Origin: Methanobrevibacter sp.
GTDB lineage: Archaea > Methanobacteriota > Methanobacteria > Methanobacteriales > Methanobacteriaceae
Direction of reading: 5' to 3'
Length of the DNA stretch: 49,952 nt
NCBI GenBank assembly: GCA_045638165.1
Contig: JAZUAV010000040.1
Coordinates: forward strand, 1-49,952
Shown: positions 18,641 through 27,200 of the stretch, piece by piece
How positions within the stretch are numbered: the stretch's first letter is position 1
Layout: each line of letters opens with the position of its first letter
Position numbers and translations under genes: made by a program
The notes under the pieces: model-generated
The model's input: the letters and a program-made list of their open reading frames with translations, nothing else
Told to the model about the DNA's origin: nothing
The model's database searches: none

Positions 18641-19501
18641 TTAATCCAGTATCTCTTTTTTTATTTCTTTGAATGCACTTTTTGCTTCAGGAATCGGGAA
18701 TAATGGATAAATATGAAACAGCCCAGGACCAGTTATTAACTTTACATTAACACCATCCCTTTCAAGATTTTCAGCATATTCTTTAATGTCATTATAGAAT
18801 ATCTCATCTTCTCCTGCAAAAATCAGTGTATCAGCCAAATTTGTATTATCCCCAAATAATGGGCTTACCCGCCAATCTTGAGTGTTTAAATCTCCTGCCC
18901 AAGATTTACCTATTTCCTTAAGACCAATTTCGCCTAAAATCGGATCGTTTTCACTATCATAGGGAGGGTTGCTCATCGAAACATCAACCCATGGCGAAAA
19001 CGTTATTATCTTTTGGGGTTGGGGTAAATTGACCGTCTTTAGATATTGGCAAAATGACAATGCAAATCCACCCCCCGCAGAGTCGCCCATCAATGTTAAG
19101 TTATCTCTTGAGATTAGTGTCTTATATAATTCAGTCATTACCCCATAAGTTTCATCCACATTATGTTTAGGGGCGAGCGGATAAACAGGTGCCAATACAT
19201 AGGCACCAAGTTTTCTTGACAGCAAAAAGCAATATAAGAGATGCTGATAATTTATTTCAAGAACATAAGCCCCGCCATGTATGTATAGAATAGTATTTTT
19301 GGCATTCTTATCTCCGAAAGTGAAAACCTGTGTCCCACCAATGTCAATGCTTTTGAAAATGCTTTTTGGAGGTTTATCTGGAGACTCTAATTTGTCGCTT
19401 AAGAAATCATCTACATTTTCCTTTGAATCCATAAACTTGAGTTTAGTAGACCTTAGAATAGCTTCTTCGATTTTTGCAATAAATGATTTTTTACCAGACA
19501 T
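18641..19501 (-). CDS. Alpha/beta hydrolase, hormone-sensitive-lipase-like esterase
   Basis: HGGAY oxyanion motif, GDSAGG nucleophile elbow, SPWVD, VSPLFG and GLFHIY. Confidence 0.9.
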   Translation of the reverse strand: MSGKKSFIAKIEEAILRSTKLKFMDSKENVDDFLSDKLESPDKPPKSIFKSIDIGGTQVFTFGDKNAKNTILYIHGGAYVLEINYQHLLYCFLLSRKLGAYVLAPVYPLAPKHNVDETYGVMTELYKTLISRDNLTLMGDSAGGGFALSFCQYLKTVNLPQPQKIITFSPWVDVSMSNPPYDSENDPILGEIGLKEIGKSWAGDLNTQDWRVSPLFGDNTNLADTLIFAGEDEIFYNDIKEYAENLERDGVNVKLITGPGLFHIYPLFPIPEAKSAFKEIKKEILD

Positions 19502-19534
19502 ATTACCAAAAATTGATTATGGGCAATTGGAAAT

Positions 19535-21277
19535 CTAAGTTTTAACTGTAATTACTGTACTGTTTAACCCCAATACTCTTGAATAATCAACTTTATCCGC
19601 AATTTTATTTAAAACAGTGATATTGTCAAATTTAAGGTCATCATTTTCAATTACCGGATTGAATTCGATTCCCTGATCTTTAATGCCCACTAGAATATGT
19701 TCCTCTTGAATTTTAACAAGAACATCTATTGAATCGAGATTTTCATTTATGTCAATGATATTCACCAACATTTCTTCAACGGATAAACTTACAATCATTG
19801 CTTTATTATTATCTATTCCCAGTTCTTTCAGATATTTCTCTATATGTTGCGCTACACCAACTGTTTCTTTTAAAGTGCCTCCAATAGTTAAATCCAATAC
19901 ATCGCCAGTTGGGATTTTTTTATTTATGAAGAATCCTCCATATTCGCCATTTGTCTCTTTAGAGATGTGTTTTGTAGCAATGAAAATGAATATTATTGTT
20001 ATTACTTCAGCACCTACAAATGAAAGCCAAATACCATTACCTCCCATTATTGGAGTCAAAATAAACAGTAATCCGACAGGAGCTACGAATCCTTCAATGA
20101 TTGAAGTTGATAGAGATAACTTGTTTCTTTTAATGGCTTGAGTGTAGAAAGTGAATAAGAAAGTTACTGCAACACCAACAAAAGAAACCATAAATATTCT
20201 TAAAGCATTAACCACAGTCGGAGCAGCCTGACTAGGAACACTGTACAGTGTTAGTGCTGTTTGAGGCACCAATGTAAATATCAATACTAATGCAGTACTT
20301 GAAATCAATACGATTTTAAGCGCTCTTTTCACAACATAGTCGACTCCGGAATAATCCTCTTCCTGATAATATACCGATACGATAGGCGACATTGTCTGTG
20401 AAGTCCCTATTAGAAACATGTAAATTATATAAGAACAGCCCCTACATACGCTATATGCAGTTAAACCATATTGACCCAATACAACACCAATTACTGCATT
20501 ATATATTAATAATTGTACTGTAAAGAATAATTGTGTGGAAGCTGATGAAAAACCTGAGGTTGCAATCTCCTTAAAATAATTTAAGGCATTGCGCAATTTT
20601 ATTTTGCTTAAGTTATAGAATTCTAATGTTCTTTCTGATTTAAAGAAATATGTGCTAACATAAATTGAACCTACAGCATAACCGGTTGCAGTAGCCAATG
20701 CGGCACCACCAATTCCAAAGCCAAACACTTTGATATAAACAAAATCCATGATAATATTTACAATGTTTGACAGCAAAATTGATCTAAATGCTAAATTAGG
20801 AAGGCCATCTGCACGAACAAAATATGACAAACTCATCAGATAACATAAAAAAGGCATTCCGAATAGCAAAACAGTGAAAAACTCATCAACAAGGGGAATA
20901 ATTTCTTTACTTGTAGTCAACATTGGAATGAGAGTTCCCTTTGTAAGCAATCCCAAAATTAGAACAATGATTCCCAGAATAATCAAACTCATAATGGAAA
21001 CCGAAAAAAGTGAATTACTTTTTTCTTCGTTAAACTCCGATTTTGCAATAGAACAAAGTACAGAACCACCTAAACCAACCATCCAATAAATAAGATTTAT
21101 AAAAGTTACTAACGGACTGGCTACTTGAATTGCTGATAGATTTACAGCCCCAATTAAGAAACTAACAATTATTGAATCAATGAATATGCAAATATTTCCC
21201 GCCATTGATGTCATTAATGTCGGCAAGAAAAATTCATTGAATTTACTCGATAATAAATCATACTTCCTTTTATACAT
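19535..21277 (-). CDS. MATE family exporter fused to a C-terminal RsbW-like HATPase domain
   Basis: About 12 TM MATE core (IDSIIV, RADG, NIIMD..FGIGGAALAT); C-terminal EEMLVNI...KDQGIEFNP...DKVDYSRVLGLN. Confidence 0.88.
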   Translation of the reverse strand: MYKRKYDLLSSKFNEFFLPTLMTSMAGNICIFIDSIIVSFLIGAVNLSAIQVASPLVTFINLIYWMVGLGGSVLCSIAKSEFNEEKSNSLFSVSIMSLIILGIIVLILGLLTKGTLIPMLTTSKEIIPLVDEFFTVLLFGMPFLCYLMSLSYFVRADGLPNLAFRSILLSNIVNIIMDFVYIKVFGFGIGGAALATATGYAVGSIYVSTYFFKSERTLEFYNLSKIKLRNALNYFKEIATSGFSSASTQLFFTVQLLIYNAVIGVVLGQYGLTAYSVCRGCSYIIYMFLIGTSQTMSPIVSVYYQEEDYSGVDYVVKRALKIVLISSTALVLIFTLVPQTALTLYSVPSQAAPTVVNALRIFMVSFVGVAVTFLFTFYTQAIKRNKLSLSTSIIEGFVAPVGLLFILTPIMGGNGIWLSFVGAEVITIIFIFIATKHISKETNGEYGGFFINKKIPTGDVLDLTIGGTLKETVGVAQHIEKYLKELGIDNNKAMIVSLSVEEMLVNIIDINENLDSIDVLVKIQEEHILVGIKDQGIEFNPVIENDDLKFDNITVLNKIADKVDYSRVLGLNSTVITVKT

Positions 21278-21290
21278 TACAATACCTCAT

Positions 21291-24200
21291 TTAAAAGAAA
21301 TCACTGTCCTTCATGAACTTCATGAAGTTGTAAACATACTCATCGGATATTAATGGCCATTTAACACCCATTAGATAAGACATTTGGATAGTATAATCAT
21401 TAGTATCCTTAACCCAAACTTTTTTAACTTGTCCAGAACCGATAGATGTAATGAAACCCTCAAGTCCAGCTTGTTTTTCTTCATCTTTCATCACTTCAGC
21501 CAATGCGGCTTCAAATTCGTCTTCACTAACAACATCAAGATCGAATCCTAAATTTTTAAGAATATCAATTACATCTGCAAATGATATTTTGTGATTGTTG
21601 CAAGGATGGAACACTACGCATTCTTTTGGTGATTTTGATAAGTTTACAATAGATTTGGCAGTGTAGTCGATTGGACTAAATTCAACATTATTATTCAACA
21701 TTGAAACCGGGAACTTACCGATAGTGATAAATGATTTAATCCTATTTATAAAACCATTTGATTCAAAATTGATTTGGAATTCACTATCCGAATTCCTAGC
21801 CATTAGATTTCCAACTCTCATAATTTTTACATCCAAACCATCTTCAGCGGCAGCTTCCAATACTTGGCGCTCTGCTAAAAATTTACTACCTAAATACTGA
21901 TTATCAACTCTTTGACCAATGAACAGGTCTTGTTCTGAGAATATTCTGTCCGTTGGAGGATAATTATTCACACTTTCCCCTGCAACACTTACTGTTGAAA
22001 TTTGAACATACTTTGCATCAATAAGCTTTGCAAATTCCAATCCGTTTATCACACCACCCAGATTAATATCTTCAATATCAGTGCCTGCTGAAAAGTGTTT
22101 TACATTAGCCGCACAATTTATAATGGTGTTAATATCATAGGGGAGTAGTTTTTTAAAGTCATCTAATGAGGTTATATCCCCATCAACAACATGCATTCTA
22201 TCATCAAACTCTGAGAAATCTTTTGCAAAGTAATAAAATAGCAAGGATTTCAATCTTTTTTCAGCAGTTAACTTGCCTTTGGATCTAACAAAACAGTAAA
22301 CATCACCTTTTTCGTTTTCAAGTACCTCACGCAATACATGAATACCTAAAAATCCAGTGGCACCAGTGAGTAGCACATTTCCCAAACTTTCATCGCATTT
22401 ACCTTCAATGAATGATTTAGTATTATTTTTCTTTAACAAATTATCGATTAATGTGTAATCATAGTCATCTTCATAACTTGTTGCGGATTTTTTATCGGAT
22501 AAGACGCAATCAGCTAACAATCTAGGTGTTGGATTGTCAAATACATCCGCATAGTTTACATCGTATTCATTGTTAATCGCTTCAATTGTAATTTTTGTAA
22601 CAAGTAATGAGTTACCTCCAATTTCAAAGAAATTATCGGTTACTCCAACTTTATCGATTCCCAGCACTTCTTGGAAGCAATTTGCGAAAAACGCTTCAAC
22701 GTCATTTTCAGGAGCCACATATTCTGTAGTTAGTTCAGGTTCAGGTAAACTCTTAATATCTGTCTTGCCATTTGGAGTTTGTGGGAGTTTTTCCAATTGC
22801 ATGAATACTGTTGGAACCATATAATCAGTTAATCTGGAAGAAATATATTCTTTTAAATCATCAATTGCAATTTCCTCACTTCCGCTATAATATGCACACA
22901 AATGATCCACATTATTGATTTTCTTAATCACAACGACGACATTTGTTATTCCATCAAATGTTGAAATTACAGAGGAAATTTCTTCGGGTTCTATTCTCAA
23001 ACCTCTTAACTTAATCTGATTATCCATCCTGCCTTGAACATAAATCTCATCATTTCTTTTTATTGCATAATCTCCACTTTTATAGTAGTTAATTCCATTA
23101 ATTGACAGATAAACTTCATCCGTTTTTTCTTGGTTTTTATAATAACCTTTTGTTACTCCTTGCCCTCCAATATATAATTCTCCCATTACGCCGTCAGGCA
23201 ATAATTTATCGTCAATGTCTCTTACTTCAGTAATATAGTTGAATAATGATTTTCCAACATTGATTTCTTCATCAAAGCTCATATGTTTTAAATTTGATTG
23301 AACTGTGGTTTCTGTAGGACCATATGAATTGTAAACATCAAGGTCATACTCTGACAATAATTCGAGCAATTCTTTAGGGAATTTTTCTCCGCCGACTTTG
23401 ATGGCCTTAAATGAACTTAATGCTTCTTTAAATCCATCAAATTCCAGATATTGGAGCAATCTGGATGGAGTAAAACCCATATAATCAGGTTTTGTCCTTT
23501 CAATCAAATCAACCAATTCAAATATGTCTTTAGTTTGATTATCGTCTGCAAATATCAATGTCCGGCCATTGACAAAACAACCCAATACCTCAATCATGGA
23601 TGCGTCGAATGACACAGTTGTAATGGATAACATGCTTTCCACAGTCTGATAAACATTATGAACATAATTTTCATCAGTATTTGCAAAAAGATTAGTGATG
23701 TTTTCGTTTGTAATCATTACTCCTTTAGGATTTCCTGTAGAACCAGAAGTATAAATCATATAAGCCAAATCATCCGGAGAGACATCAACCTTAGGATTTG
23801 ACTCATCATCTGATTCACCAAGCAATGTAGAAACATCCACCGCATTTTCAAAGTCGAAATCAGAAATAACATAATCCGCATCACTATTTTCAAAAATATA
23901 ATTCACACGCTCTTCAGGATAATCATTAGCCAAAGGAACAAAAGCACAACCAGCCTTGATAATACCCCACATAGCAACAATCAAATCACTTGTTCTAGGA
24001 AGCATATGCAAAATTTTACTTCCACTCCTAACACCCCGATTAATAAGAGCATGAGCAACACGATTAGCCTTCCTATTCAACTCATCATAAGTCAATTGCC
24101 CATCGGAACTAATCAATGCAACCTTATCACGATTCTCATCAACATTTTTCTCAAATAACTCATAAAGCAACTTAGTTTCAACTTCACTGAATTCCACATT

Positions 24201-27200
24201 ATCGCCTTCAGGGATGATAGCAATGTCTTTAAGTTTCAGTGCAGTTAATTGCTCTTTTTCATCTATGAATTGATTGATTATATTTTTTATTGACTCTCCA
24301 AAAGTACAAATATAATCTTTAGAATAAATCGCATCATTATAATCCATTGAAATAACAAATTCATCATTTACTTCAACAACATTCAAAGCAAACTTGAACC
24401 TCAGGGAATCATAATCCATTGATTCACGAGGATAGGTTTTTCCACCGATATTGATATCCTCTATTATTTTTCCATGGAATGCATATAAGAAGTCCGGATA
24501 TAGATTATACCTATTTGCAATTTCAACATAATTAAACGAAGAATTATTCAATACATTTAACCATGAATTTGCAACAAATGCAAAGTAGTCTTCAATATTC
24601 ATATCCCTATCAGTTTTAAAGGCAATAGGCAATGTTTTTACAAGCATACCAATAGTATTTTGGTATTTATAATTATCCCTACCATTGAAAATTGTAGATA
24701 TCAAAATATTCTTATTAGAAACATATTTTGTAAGTGCCAGTGCTGTTGCAGACATGAACAATATGTTTGGACTGATTTTCTTATCACTGCAAAAAGATTC
24801 CAATAATCCTTTATCCAAGCCTATTCTTATATTGGCCAAATTGGCATTTTCATCATCACCGGTCAAATCAGTAGTCAATATTGTGCCTTCATCGAAATCA
24901 CTCATCATATCATCAAAGAATGCTTCACTTTCGCTGCTCAAATCTGATAGCTGGAAGTTATTCTCATTTGAAATGAATTCATAGGCATCAGCTTCAACTT
25001 CAACTAACCTCTCTTCGTCACCATCATAAATTGCAGATATATCATTGAATAATATATTCAATGAAGTACCATCAACAATTAAATGATGGAAATCTGCCAA
25101 TAAAACAACATTTGAAGCAGTTTCATAAATTTTAAACCTGAATAATTGATTATCAACAATATCAAATGGTTTAATGAAATTATTTAAAATTTCTGGAGTC
25201 AACTCATCAATTTCTTCAATTTCAATATTGTCAACTGCAATTTCAAAGGACTGCTGGTTGAAAACCTTACCCTCATCAATTACAATTCTATTTTTCAAAT
25301 AAGGATGAAGATCAATGGCTTTTAAAATGGATTCTCTTAATTTATTTGAATCAATGCTTTTATCCAAAACTATTTTCTTTGGAAGGTTATATCCTATTTT
25401 TTCAGGATTTTTTATACAATCAAAGTAAACACCCAATTGATTAGGAGTCAATTCGTAATTATCCTCCATAGAAATATTTTTACTTGTATTTTGTGCCTCA
25501 ATAAGCATTGAAATATTCCTAATGTTTTTCGAGTTAATGAGTTCTATAATACTTAATTCGGCACCGAATTCCTTAAATAATGCGGAAGAAAGTTTGATAA
25601 CTGACAGTGAAGTTAAACCTATCTTGAATAAATCAGTATTTATTCCAAAGTCGCTAATCCCTAAAATTTCACAGACAATCTCATAAATTCCTTTTTCGAC
25701 ATCACTTTTAGGACTTATCAATTCTTCAGCATCAATTTTTGGATCAGGTAAATTTTTAAAGTCTGTTTTGCCATTTGGAGTTTTTGGGAATTCTTCTAAT
25801 TGAGTATAATATGATGGAACCATATAGTCCGGCAGATTACCTTCCAAGTATTCATTCAAGTCATCATGATTTATTTCACTAGCCGCAGTGAAATATGCAC
25901 ATAAATGCTCGATGGAATTAATGGTTTTTACTACAACTTTGGTCAGCATCACGTCTTCATAATTCGCAATTGCACCTTCAATTTCTGAAAGTTCAATTCT
26001 CAAACCTCGAAGCTTGATTTGCGTATCATTTCTACCCAAGGTATATAACTCACCGTATTCATCTTTTTTACCCAAGTCTCCAGTATTATAATAAGGAATA
26101 TTGTTTAATGTTAAAAACACTTTTTCCGTTTGTTCTGGATTATTCAAATAACCTCGGGCAATTCCTGCCCCACCAACATATATTTCACCAGGAACATATG
26201 GAGGCAATTCGTTTCCATCAATATCCATTATCTTATCAACTACATTAAGCATCGGCCAACCTGCAGAGATAACATTACTGTCAATTAATTTATAATGTGA
26301 AGCTATTGTAACTTCAGTTGGACCGTAAGAGTTATAGATATCAGCATTGGTGAATTGTGATAATTTATCATATAATATTGGAGGGAATGCTTCCCCACCA
26401 ACTATAAGAACATTACATTTTTTAAGAATGTCTTGAATTTCTGTCAATCTTAAATATTCAAGCAATCTTGTAGGTGTAGAACCAAAACCATCAGCACCTG
26501 TTTTTATAAATAATTCGGATAATTTAAATGGATCAATTGACTGCTCATCATTAGCAAAGACAACTGGAAGTCCATTCATTATTGTTCCGAAGATTTCCCT
26601 TAAAAATACAATGAATGAAACGGTAGATATTGAAACAAACTTATCACACTTATTATTTAACTCATAAATCGGGACATTCTTCTCATCATATGCAATATAA
26701 TTTGAAATTCCTCTATGGGTTATCATTACACCCTTAGGTTTACCTGTTGATCCTGAAGTGTAAATTAAGAAGCATAAATTATCCGGAGTTATGCTTACAT
26801 TAGGGTTTGCATCATCATTTTCTTCAAGCAGTTCAGCAACATCAATAGCATTCTCAATATCGAAATCCCATTCATCATTAACAATTACAAATTTCGAATC
26901 ACTATCGTCTAAAATTTGTTGAATCCTATTTTTAGGATATTTGGGATCTATAGGAATAAATGCTCCCCCGGCCTTTATAATTCCCAGAACAGTGGCTATT
27001 AAATCACTGTTTCTTTTCATTATAAACATTACCTTATCTTCTAATTTCAATCCTCTTTTAATCAAAGCATTTGCAATTTTATTGGCCTTACTATTTAATT
27101 GTGAATAAGTGTATTCTCCATCATCGGCATATAATATACACTTATCAGGATTTTGCTCAACAGCCTTTTCAAACAGTGCATTGATGACACCCTCATTTTT

